Assembly: GCA_030390025.1 (NCBI GenBank)
Contig: JASTWF010000033.1
Coordinates: 5,830,001-5,894,000, forward strand
DNA: 64,000 bases
From: Squalus acanthias
Lineage: Eukaryota
Direction: 5' to 3'
The position numbers and the translations under genes are program-made. The notes beneath the pieces were generated by a model. The model was not told the DNA's origin. It did not search any database and was given only the letters and a program-made list of their open reading frames with translations. Position 1 is the stretch's first letter. Each line of letters starts with the position of its first letter. Of the stretch, positions 47,657 to 58,776 are shown piece by piece.

Positions 47657-50131
47657 CATAGATCCATAGATACATAGATACATAGAAGAGTACAGCACAG
47701 TACAGGCCCTTCGGCCCTCGATGTTGTGCCGAGCTTTGTCCGAGACCAAGATCAAGCTATCACACTCCCTATCACTCTGGTGTGCTCCATGTGCTTATCC
47801 AATAACCGCTTGAAAGTTCCTAAAGTGTCCGACTCCACTGTCACAGCAGGCAGTCCATTCCACACCCCAACCACTCTCTGAGTAAAGAATCTACCTCGGA
47901 CATCCCTTCTATATCTCCCCCCATGCACCTTATAGTTATGCCCCCTTGTAACAGCTGCCTCTACCCGAGGAAATAGTCTCTGAACATCCACTCTATCTAT
48001 CCCCCTCATCATCTTATAAACCTCTATTAAGTCGCCTCTCATCCTCCTCCGCTCTAAAGAGAAAAGCCCCAACTCCCTCAATCTTTCCTCATAAGACCTC
48101 CCCCCCAAACCAGGCAGCATCCTGGTAAATCTCCTTTGCACTCTTTCCAATGCTTCCACGTCCTTCCTATAGTGAGGTGACCAGAACTGCACACAATATT
48201 CCAAATGTGGTCTCACCAAGGTCCTGTACAGTTGCAGCATAACCTCACGGTTCTTAAACTCAAACCCTCTGTTAATAAACGCCAACACACCATAGGCCTT
48301 CCTTACTGCTCTATCCACTTGAGTGGCAACCTTCAGAGATCTGTGGATATGAACCCCCAGATCCCTCTGCTCCTCCACGTTCCTCAGAACCCTGCCGTTG
48401 ACCCTGTAATCCTTATTCAAATTTGCCCTACCAAAATGAATCACCTCGCACTTATCAGGGTTAAATTCCATCTGATATTTTTCGGCCCAGCTCTGCATCC
48501 TATCAATGTCTCTTTGCAGCCTACAACTGCCCTCCACCTCATCCACTACTCCACCAATCTTGGTGTCATCAGCAAATTTACTGATCCACCCTTCAGTCCC
48601 CTCCTCCAAGTCATTGATAAAAATCACAAACAGCAGAGGACCCAGCACCGACCCCTGTGGCACACCGCTGGTAACTGGTCTCCAGTCCGAAAATGTTCCA
48701 TCCACCACCACCCTCTGCCTTCTATGAGTTAGCCAGTTACTTATCCAATCGGCCAAATTTCCCTCTATCCCACAACTCCTTACTTTCTTCATGAGACGAC
48801 CATGGGGATCCTTATCAAACGCCTTACTAAAATCCATGTATACGACATCAACTGCTCTACCTTCATCTACACACTTAGTTACCTCCTCAAAGAATTCAAT
48901 CAAATTTGTTAGGCAAGACTTACCTTTCACGAATCCGTGTTGACTATCCCTGATTAAGTTGCCCCTTTCCAAATGGTCATAAATCCTATCCCTCAGGACC
49001 TTTTCCATTATCTTACCAACCACCGAAGTAAGACTAACCGGCCTATAATTACCAGGGTCATTCCTATTTCCTTTCTTGAAGAGAGGAACAACATTCGCCA
49101 CTCTCCAGTCCTCTGGCACCATCCCCGTGGACAGTGAGGACCCAAAGATCAAAGCCAGAGGCTCTGCAATCTCCTCCCTTGCCTCCCAAAGAATCCTAGG
49201 ATATATCCCATCTGGCCCAGGGGACTTATCGACCCTCAGGTTCTTCAAAATTGCTAAAACATCTTCCCTCAGAACATCTACCACCTCCAGCCTATCCACC
49301 TTTTTCACACTCTCATCCTCAAGAACATGGCCCCTCTCCTCGGTGAACACTGACGAAAAGTACTCATTCATCACCTCTCCTATCTCTTCTGACTCCATGC
49401 ACAAGTTCCCACTACTGTCCTTGACCGGCCCTACCCTCACCCTGGTCATTCTTTTATTTCTCACATAAGAGTAAGAAGCCTTGGGGTTTTTCTTGATCCG
49501 ACCCGCCAAGGACTTCTCATGCCCCCTCCTAGCTCTCCTAAGCTCTTTTTTTAGCTCATTCCTTGCTACCTTGTACCCCTCAATCGACCCAACTGAACCT
49601 TGTTTTCTCATCCTTACATACGCTTCCTTTTTCCTCTTGACTAGACATTCAACCTCTTTTGTGAACCATGGTTCTCTCACTCGGCCATTTCCTCCCTGCC
49701 TGCCAGGGACATACCTATCAAGGACACACAGTAATTGCTCCATGAAAAAGCTCCACTTATCGTTTGTGCCTTTCCCTGATAGTTTCTGTTCCCATCTTAT
49801 ACTCCCTAATTCTTGCCTAATCGCATCATAATTACCCCTCCCCCAATTATAAACCCTGCCCTGCCGTATGGCCCTATCCCTCTCCATTGCAATAGTGAAA
49901 GTTACCGAATTGTGGTCACTATCTCCAAAGTGCTCTCCCACATACAAATCAAACACTTACCAAATCCAACGTGGCCCCACCCTCTTGTCGGCCTATCCAC
50001 ATATTGTGTCAGGAAAGCCTCCTGCACACACTGTGCAAAAACTATCCCATCCGAACTGTTTGACCTATAAAGGTTCCAATCAATATTTGGAAAGTTGAAG
50101 TCACCCATGACAACTATTCTGTGACCTCCAC
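47657..50131 (-). mobile_element. 5'-truncated CR1 LINE of a distinct subfamily
   Basis: 734-aa ORF 47752-49956 (end of APE + RT); different 3' UTR; TSD ACCATA. Confidence 0.93.
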
Positions 50132-50799
50132 ACCATATTGATTTTATTCTGGCCTGGTCCACATGTAATGCTGTTGTGTATCACTTCCTTGCACTTTATT
50201 TAATTTCACTTCACTTCAAGACAGACAATAAGTCAGTGAGATATTAAAAAATGTCTTTTTGGACTGTCTGACAATAAAAGCTGCTCTGGGATCTTCGCAT
50301 TCTCTTTATTCCACTCTACTCAAATCAAGACAAGGCAGGCAGGCTGGCAGGCAGTGAGAGAGACATATGAAATCAAGACAACATGCAGAATAGAAATAAA
50401 AACAGAAAATGCTGGAAATACTCAGTATGTTAGGCAGCATCAGTGGAGATACAGAGAAACAGAGTAAATGTTTCAGCTCGATGACCCTTTGTCAGAACCA
50501 TGCCAGAATCTGACAAAAGGTAATCGAGCTGAAACATTAACTCTGTTTATCTATCTCTCCACAGATGCTGCCTTACCTGCTGAATATTTCCAGCATTTTC
50601 TGTTTTTATTTCAGATTTCACACATCCACAGCATTTGCTTTTGATGCAGAATAGAAAGCCTGATTCTGTAGGCCACAAAATGAAAAGATAAAATATTGAA
50701 AACTGTGTTTGCTTTTACGCTGCCAAACAGAGCAGAGCAATGATAGATATCAACTTTCTTTCGTTGCTGACAGTGATTTGTGGCAATTTTGCAGGCTGG

Positions 50800-50838
<39 letters not shown>

Positions 50839-51995
50839 CACACACAGACAGCAAAAGCTGGTGTGTTTGCAGGGCTTGTCTGTGTTCAAGTTATCTGCCT
50901 TGTGCATTGCTACTGCATCTCATTCTGAAAAAAAGCAGAAAGTTAACTTCATTAGATCATATAGATTTAATTCCAGAATGCACTGTTGTGGGAACTTACT
51001 TTACCTTTCTTTCAAGAATTTTGTAAAAAGCAAATTTACATATATATATCAAACCATTTGATATTTTTCTGGACTGGACTTTATAGGGGATTGTTTGCGA
51101 AGTTTTTCATGGCATATCCTGCTGTGGGATCTTACTCTCCCCTTCATCCCAAACCAAACAAGTGAAGACTTTTGTAAATTATTTTCAGAATAATACATTT
51201 GATTTCTGAACTGGTTTTATTGGGGAATGTGCTTGGGATGTTTTCAGACCAAAAGCTGCTGTCCAATCATACCATTCATTTTATTACACTCCAGGCAAAT
51301 CACAGACAGGCAGACATTTAATTAACAGCAGTCAAGTATATATTATTATTATTTATTACTGATTGTATTTATTTCTTTTCACCCTCCCGGGCTTTCATTA
51401 CCTCTCAGGGACCCAGATTTCTGGGGCCTCGGCTTCACTTCTTCCTGTTTGATTGTCCTCATCCAACATGGACGCACAGGCAGGAAGGGACATCATCAAA
51501 AATAGACACTCCCAGGCTGCACCCCTTTCAAAATGGAAGTGTGAGTGTCTGTTTCTGCAAATTGCAGAGTCTGTGTGAGTGCGTCTGTATTTGTGTGGGT
51601 GTCTGTGTGTCTGCAAATTTCAAAGTGTGTGGAGTGTGTGTCATGTTACCTTAAATTTTAGTTCAATGTGGTTGGGAGGGAGACTGTGTGAGTGGCAGAC
51701 AGACAGTCAGTGAGAGCGAGAGAGACATGAAATCAAAAGGCACGTTGCAGAATAGAAAGCCTGTTTCTGTAGGCCACAAAATGAAAAGATAAGATACTGA
51801 AAAGTGTATTTTTGGTGTTAATCTTCCAACACGGAAGTCATCCCTCTGCAGGCTGGCCAGGCTGTGTGTGTGAGTGTGTGTGTGAGAGAGAGAGAGAGAG
51901 AGAAGGCAATAGCTGGAGTTTGTGTGAGATGTTGTCTGCTGTCTTATTAACTGCTGTTTTTGTATTAAACCCTGTTGATTTCATTCTGGCCTGGT

Positions 51996-52327
51996 CATAG
52001 AAACATAGAAGATAGGAGCAGGAGTAGGCCATTCGGCCCCTCGAGCCTGTTCCGCCATTTACTGAGATCATGGCTGCTTATCCAAATTCAGTACCCTGTC
52101 CCTGCTTTCTCCCCATATCCCTTGCTCCCCTTAGCCTTAAGAAATATATCTAAATCCTTCTTGAATATATTTAATGAATTGACCTCAACTGTCTTCTGTG
52201 GTTGAGAATTCTACAGTTTCACCACTCTCTGGGTGAAGAAATTCCTCCTCATCTCATTCCTAAATGGCTTACCCCTTATCTTTAGACTGTGAGCCCTGGT
52301 TCTGGACTCCACTGCCATTGGGAACAT
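51996..52327 (-). mobile_element. CR1 3' fragment
   Basis: CR1 tail plus the GYGEKAGTGY-type C-terminus on the minus strand. Confidence 0.88.
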
Positions 52328-52353
52328 CATAAGTTAGATACAGAGTAAATCTC

Positions 52354-52997
52354 TGTTGTGGAGTATTTGAAACCAACACTCGACGCAAGGTTTTCAGATC
52401 GATAATCAAGTCGTTTTTATTGCACCAGTGGGGAGACAGCCTACTCTGTCTTAGCCAGACTTCTCCAAATTGTTACAGCAAACACTACATTTTTATAAAT
52501 TACAATATATTGTCCAGCTCATGCAAAATTCCTTCCTGCCACCTGATTGGACCTTAGCCCGCATGCATCTTCACTGATTGGTTGCCTATGCCACTTTCCA
52601 TTAAAGTACCGCCTTTATTATCAGAGAAGTATATGTCGGTTATCCCACAAGCTGTTGCACCTATGACCTTTGTTTATGCCAGATGGGGTCTCACCAACAT
52701 TGTACTTCTGACTCATTGTCCTGCTTTCCTGTCTGTCTGGGTCTCTTTACTTCCAACTCATTGTTTTACTTTCCTGTCACAACAGAACTTACATCCTCTA
52801 GGCCTCTTAAGGTTCAACGTTATACAGTTTGAAGTCATCAGTCATTCATAATCGACATGTCATTCTTAGGTTATCTCAACTGCCAGTTCAGCAACTTAGA
52901 AAAAGCTTACTACTGCAAAGACCTATTAGATTATTGTCTTTATTACACCATTCAGTGAAACTGCCAGCGATGTCAATTTAAAACTTTCCCCACTGTA
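52354..52997 (-). repeat. Putative 3' LTR of the second ERV
   Basis: Follows the PPT; on the minus strand two CCAAT boxes, then TATAAAA, then AATAAA, ending CAACA; partner LTR not in the window, so boundaries are inferred. Confidence 0.65.
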
Positions 52998-55527
52998 ATC
53001 CCCCCTTTTGGTACTTGGCCCTTGCCCAAGTTAAACCACATGTATAAGCATCGCTGTGTCTCCTGCCCCATGCGGTGATCAGTCGCTGGTTCGGGAGGCC
53101 CTGCATATCCATCATGTTTAGAGCAAACTTGTGTTTTCCAACTCTTTCCGACTCGCTTTAGCTCTTTGTTTGTTCTGTTTCTTTTTACAAGCGGTGCATG
53201 CTGCCATTCCCTATCCTATAGCCATGACTAGCTGTACTATCACTAATATTTGAGAAATGATGCAGATCCTTGGTTGTATGTAGACATTCATTCCTCAATC
53301 CCACAGCTTCTCATACCACGGGACTTCCTGTAGCTCTACCTCTATGTCCCTTTCTCGTTCCCCAAGATTCCTGTGCAACACTATGTATTGTTTCACCATC
53401 TTACTTAAATCCTCTTTCATTTCTTCCAGATTCTCTTGCAGGCCGGGTATTGGGGCCCCTAACGGATCTTCATAATTGACCAACTCATCCCTTAGACTAT
53501 CTGGCACATTTAGTTTTATCTCCTCCCTTGAATGTACATACACCAATCTGGTGTGTCCAATTGTCACAGGGATCTTTGCATAAAGCAGAAGTTAGGCATT
53601 GTGATTGCACATACAAGGTTACTATATTGGTACTCAGTCTCTGTGATGGCTATAGAATACTCCCCTTCACCTCTATATCCCGAGCGGGTGTGATGGTGAT
53701 CAACATGTGATAATTCGAACACACACCCCTCTGTATTATTATAGCCGCACTCATCCTTATGGCCTTCTCCTACCGGATGTCGACATATTGTAAGCGTGCC
53801 TTTCCCGTGGCATCTGTTTAGGGGGACTCCTCTCATAGTACCATTCTTTCTTTTGGCATAGGTATCAAATGGATAGCATTGTAGGTATGTCTCACCCCTC
53901 ACTTTGCCTATGCTTGTTACCTGGTATTGTGGGTATGGAGTCGTGTCTAGTCCCACCACTGGTATCAGGAGTACCATGCCTATCATTGCTGTCACTTCTG
54001 CTTTACATTTTTGTATCACCGGATATACTCTGGTCATCTCATTGAGGGTACAAGCACTCCGAGGGCCTGGATTCTGGCTCATACCATAGTGCTGTGTGCT
54101 GTTAATCCAGTCTGGTACCTTGCCTCGCTGTATCTGTGCCAGATTGTGTTTTAACTGTCCGGTGATCCATTGGTCATAGGCATGACACAAGCCTTCTCCC
54201 TATCTCGTCTTTTGCCTGTTCCTCATCTCTATTGTTTAGTTTGTTGATAACGCTGGCATGGTCCTCTATAACCTTGATTCACTCGAGTAATTTCCTTATC
54301 GTATGTCCTCCCAACTCTGATCCTTGTCGAACCAAACCAGTTTCCTTCTCTAAAATCTGTTGCAATACCCTTTGTAGTCGTTCCACACGACTCTGGACAC
54401 CTTGAATATCTAGGGCATTAATGAATGATGTCCCCGTGTTTATTCCCGTGAGTATATCGATTCCTAAGCTCATCTTAATCCTTTGTTGGAATGCAGCATG
54501 TCCCCTGAATCTAGTGGCCCCTGTCGCATTAGCAGCTTGGCTAATTACATTCTTTATCATATGTGCATACAATTCTCTAGTTTTAGTGAACCTTTCACAC
54601 TATCCTGGCCATTGTAACATGGTTCAGTTTATTAGTACCGGTACAATTTTGTGTCTCACGTTATCATACAATTGTTCTCTGTCAGTAAATAATACTGGTA
54701 CATTCATAGGTCCAGGTTTCATATCTGGACATTGTAGCATCCTTGGTTTGCATGTCTCTTCTTTCTCTGTATTGGGAGCTGTGGATGAGTCTCCGACTGC
54801 GATTGTTCCATTAAAACATGGTGCTTCCTCATCATGTAACACGGTGGCATAGTGGTTAGCACTGGTGCCTCACAGCGTCAGAGACCCGGGTTCGAATCTG
54901 ACCTCGGGTGACTGTCTGTGTGGAGTTTGCAAATTCTCCCTGTGTCTGCGTGGGTTTCCTCCGGGTGCTCCGGTTTCCTCCCACAGTCCAAAAATTTGTG
55001 GGTTAGGTTGATTTGGCTATGATAAATTGACCCTTAGTGTTAGGGGGGATTAAATATGTGGGGTTATGGGGATAGGATGGGATATACATAGATACATAGA
55101 AGATAGGAGCAGGAGTAGGCCATCCGGCGCTTCGAGCCTGCTCCGCCATTTAATGAGATCATGGCTGATCCTCCAATTCAGTATCCCGTCCCCGCCTTCT
55201 CTCCGTAACCCTTAACCCCTTTTGCCTGTAGAAATACATCTAATTCCCTCTTAAATATATTTAATGAGCTGGCGTACACTGCCCTCTGTGGCAATGAGTT
55301 CCACAGGTTCACCACCCTCTGAGTGAAGAAATTCCCCCTCATTTCTGTCCTAAATGGTTTAGCCCTTATCCTTAAATTATGTCCTCTAGTTCTGTTCTCA
55401 CCCGCCAAGGGAAACATTCCTTCTGCATCTAGTCTGTCTAGACCTGTCATAATTTTATACACTTCTATGAGGTCCCCTCTCAATCTTCTAAACTCCAGTG
55501 TGTACATCCCTAAACTACATAGTCTCT

Positions 55528-58500
55528 CATAGATACATAGATACATAGAAGATAGGAGCAGGAGTAGGCCATCCGGCCCTTCGAGCCTGCTCCGCCATTT
55601 AATGAGATCATGGCTGATCCTTCAATTCAGTATCCCGTCCCCGCCTTCTCTCCGTAACCCTTAACCCCTTTTGCCTGTAGAAATATATCTAATTCCCTCT
55701 TAAATATATTTAATGAGCTGGCGTACACTGCCCTCTGTGGCAATGAGTTCCACAGGTTCACCACTCTCTGAGTGAAGAAATTCCCCCTCATTTCTGTCCT
55801 AAATGGTTTAGCCCTTATCCTTAAATTATGTCCTCTAGTTCTGTTCTCACCCGCCAAGGGAAACATTCCTTCTGCATCTAATCTGTCTAGACCTGTCAGA
55901 ATTTTATACACTTCTATGAGGTCCCCTCTCAATCTTCTAAACTCCAGTGTGTACATCCCTAAACTACATAGTCTCTCCTCATAGGTCAATCCCGCCATTC
56001 CTGGTATCAGCCTGGTGAATCGCCGCTGCACCCCCTCCATGGCAAGAACATCTTTCCTCAGATGAGGCGACCAAAACTGTACACAGTACTCGAGGTGTGG
56101 TCTCACCAGTGCCCTGTACAGCTGCAGCAAGGTATCCCTGTTCCTGTATTCCAACCCTTTTGCTATGAAGGCCAGCATACCGTTTGCCTTCTTGACCGCC
56201 TGTTGCACCTGCATGCTCGCCTTCAGTGACTGGTGTACAAGAACACCCAGGTCTCTCTGTACTTCCCCCTCTCCCAATTTATTGCCATTTAAATAATAAT
56301 TTGCCCTCCCGTTCCTGCACCCAAGGTGGATAACTTCGCACTTGTCCACATTATAGTGCATCTGCCATTTATCCGCCCAATCACCCAGTCTGTCCAAATC
56401 GCTCTGGAGCTTCCTGGTCTCCTCCTCTGAGCCCACCCCCCCTCCTAGTTTAGTGTCGTCTGCAAATTTGGAAATGCTGCATTCGACTCCCTGATCCAGG
56501 TCATTAATATAAATTGTGAACAGCTGGGGACCCAGGACAGATCCCTGTGGTACCCCACTTGTTACTGCCTGCCATTCAGAAAATGAGCCGTTTATTCCAA
56601 CTCTCTGTTTTCTATCTGACAGCCAGTTCTCTATCCACGTCAATACTTTCCCCTTTATCCCATGAGCTTCAATTTTCCATGCTAATCTTTTATGTGGGAC
56701 CTTATCGAAGGCCTTTTGGAAGTCCAGGTACACCACATCTACTGGCTCTCCCCCATCTATTTTACCAGTTACTCCCTCAAAAAATTCCAATAGATTAGTC
56801 AAGCACGATTTACCCTTTGTAAATCCATGTTGACTCTGTCCTATCCTGTCCCCATTTGCTAAGTGCTCGGCTATTTCATCCTTAATGATGGACTCCAGCA
56901 TTTTGCCCACAACTGATGTAAGGCTTACAGGTCTGTAATTACCTGCTTTTTCCCTACCCCCCTTTTTGAATAGTGGGGTAACGTTAGCTACCCTCCAATC
57001 CATGGGCACTGTTCCCGAGTCTAATGAATTCTGAAAAATCATGCTTAGTGCATCCGCTATCTCTAGGGCCACCTCCTTCAGTACCCTAGGATGCATGTTA
57101 TCAGGCCCTGGGGATTTGTCCGCCTTCAATCCCTTTAGCTTCCTTAACACCATATCCTTAGAGATATTGATTTGCGTCAGTTCCTCCTTTGCCAATGTCC
57201 CTATTTTTCCCGATATCCCAGGGAGGTTTTTTGTGTCTTCCTTCGTAAAGACTGACCCAAAGTATGCATTTAGTTGGTCTGCCATTTCCTTATTTCCCAT
57301 TATATATTCCCCCGTATCTGACTGCAATGGACCAACTTTGGTTTTCACCAGTCTTTTCCTCTTGATATACTTATAAAAGCTTTTGGAGTTAGTTTTTATA
57401 TTTTCCGCCAGCTTGCTTTCGTAAGCTATTTTGCCCTTCTTGATTAAGCCCTTTGCCCTCCTTTGCTTTATCTTAAACTGTTCCCAATCTTCCGCTCTGG
57501 CGCGTTTTTTGGCTATTTTATACGCCCTATCTTTGGATTTTATGCTGTCTCTAATTTCCCCTGTTATCCACGGTTGAGTCACCTTTTTAGATTTCCTTTT
57601 ATGCCAGATTGGTATAAACAATTTTTGCAATTTTGTCATTCTATCTTTAAATGCTTGCCATTGTTTATCTACCTCCAGTCCTCCCAGGAACGTTGTCCAA
57701 TCAGACCTACTCAGTTCCCGTCTAATGGCATCATAATTCCCCTTGTTTAAATTCAGGACCTGAGTCTCTGAGTCAATTTCTTCGCTCTCCATTTCGAGTG
57801 AGAAATCGATCATGTTATGATCGCTCTGACCCAAGGGTCCCCGTACAACAAGATTACTAATTAGTCCCTTCTCATTGCACAGTACCCAGTCCAATATAGC
57901 CTGTTCCCGAGTTGGTTCCTCGACATATTGATCCAGATAACCATCCCTTAAACACTCAAGGAATTCCTCCTCCTCATTATTTTTACTGATTAGGCTAGTC
58001 CAATCTATATGTAAGTTAAAGTCACCTATGATGACAACTGTGCTCTTATTGCACGCTTCTCTAATTTCCCTCGTGATGCCCTCCCCAACCTCTATTTTAC
58101 TATTTGGAGGCCTATATACCACTCCTATTAATGTTTTTCGCCCCTCGCTATTTCTTAGCTCCACCCATATAGATTCTGTATTAACTGAGTTAATATCCTT
58201 CCTTTCAATTGCATTTATCCCCTCTTTTACCAGCAATGCTACCCCTCCTCCCTTTCTTTTTTGTCGATCCTTCCTAAATACTGAATACCCCTGTATGTTA
58301 AGCTCCCAGCCCTGCTCACCCTGCAACCATGTTTCCGTAATCCCAATTAGATCATAATTATTAACCTCTATTTCCACAGCTAATTCATCTACCTTGTTCC
58401 TGATGCTTCTCGCATTAAGGTATAAAACCCTCAGGCTTTTTTTATGCTCACATTTTTTATGAATTAGTTTGGCCCTTTGTTTTTTGTTCCTCTCCTTTTT

Positions 58501-58776
58501 ACCATTTATTTCTGTCTGCCTTTCACTTTCCTCTATTTCACTACATGGGTTTCTAGCCCCCTGCCATACTAGTTTAAATGCTCCCGAACTGCTTTATCAA
58601 AATTTACCCCGAGAACCTCAGTTCCATCTTTGCACAGGTGTAGACCGTCCCTTTTGTATAGGTCACACCTACCACAAAACTGGTCCCAATGCCTCAAAAA
58701 TTTAAAACCCTCCCTCTTACACCACTGCTCAAGCCACGTATTTAGCCTAACTATCCTGTTCTCTGTACTCTTACTA
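55528..58776 (-). mobile_element. Inner CR1 of the same subfamily, 5'-truncated in ORF1
   Basis: Own tail at 55528; near-identical to the outer copy. Confidence 0.9.
55627..58578 (-). CDS. Uninterrupted CR1 ORF2 (APE + RT); no AUG upstream of the endonuclease
   Basis: The 916-aa track ORF starts at a GTG; the frame stays open 67 more codons up to TTTAAAC at the ORF1 end. Confidence 0.88.
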   Translation of the reverse strand, partial: FKLVWQGARNPCSEIEESERQTEINGKKERNKKQRAKLIHKKCEHKKSLRVLYLNARSIRNKVDELAVEIEVNNYDLIGITETWLQGEQGWELNIQGYSVFRKDRQKRKGGGVALLVKEGINAIERKDINSVNTESIWVELRNSEGRKTLIGVVYRPPNSKIEVGEGITREIREACNKSTVVIIGDFNLHIDWTSLISKNNEEEEFLECLRDGYLDQYVEEPTREQAILDWVLCNEKGLISNLVVRGPLGQSDHNMIDFSLEMESEEIDSETQVLNLNKGNYDAIRRELSRSDWTTFLGGLEVDKQWQAFKDRMTKLQKLFIPIWHKRKSKKVTQPWITGEIRDSIKSKDRAYKIAKKRARAEDWEQFKIKQRRAKGLIKKGKIAYESKLAENIKTNSKSFYKYIKRKRLVKTKVGPLQSDTGEYIMGNKEMADQLNAYFGSVFTKEDTKNLPGISGKIGTLAKEELTQINISKDMVLRKLKGLKADKSPGPDNMHPRVLKEVALEIADALSMIFQNSLDSGTVPMDWRVANVTPLFKKGGREKAGNYRPVSLTSVVGKMLESIIKDEIAEHLANGDRIGQSQHGFTKGKSCLTNLLEFFEGVTGKIDGGEPVDVVYLDFQKAFDKVPHKRLAWKIEAHGIKGKVLTWIENWLSDRKQRVGINGSFSEWQAVTSGVPQGSVLGPQLFTIYINDLDQGVECSISKFADDTKLGGGVGSEEETRKLQSDLDRLGDWADKWQMHYNVDKCEVIHLGCRNGRANYYLNGNKLGEGEVQRDLGVLVHQSLKASMQVQQAVKKANGMLAFIAKGLEYRNRDTLLQLYRALVRPHLEYCVQFWSPHLRKDVLAMEGVQRRFTRLIPGMAGLTYEERLCSLGMYTLEFRRLRGDLIEVYKILTGLDRLDAEGMFPLAGENRTRGHNLRIRAKPFRTEMRGNFFTQRVVNLWNSLPQRAVYASSLNIFKRELDIFLQAKGVKGYGEKAGTGY

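Larger units (their letters stand above)
46569..51995 (-). repeat. Inverted copies (about 1.5 units) of the 1.9-kb unit, interrupted by a fold-back element and a CR1
   Basis: 46700-47070 and 51180-51540 are both reverse complements of 41870-42240. Confidence 0.8.

Noticed and set aside
51405..51500. Box C/D snoRNA in the 1.9-kb unit (TGATGA...CTGA on the minus strand)
   Set aside because: The D box is CCGA in the other two copies and no terminal stem is evident
54841..54915. tRNA gene
   Set aside because: A and B boxes run into a V-SINE core and CR1 tail, so it is a SINE head
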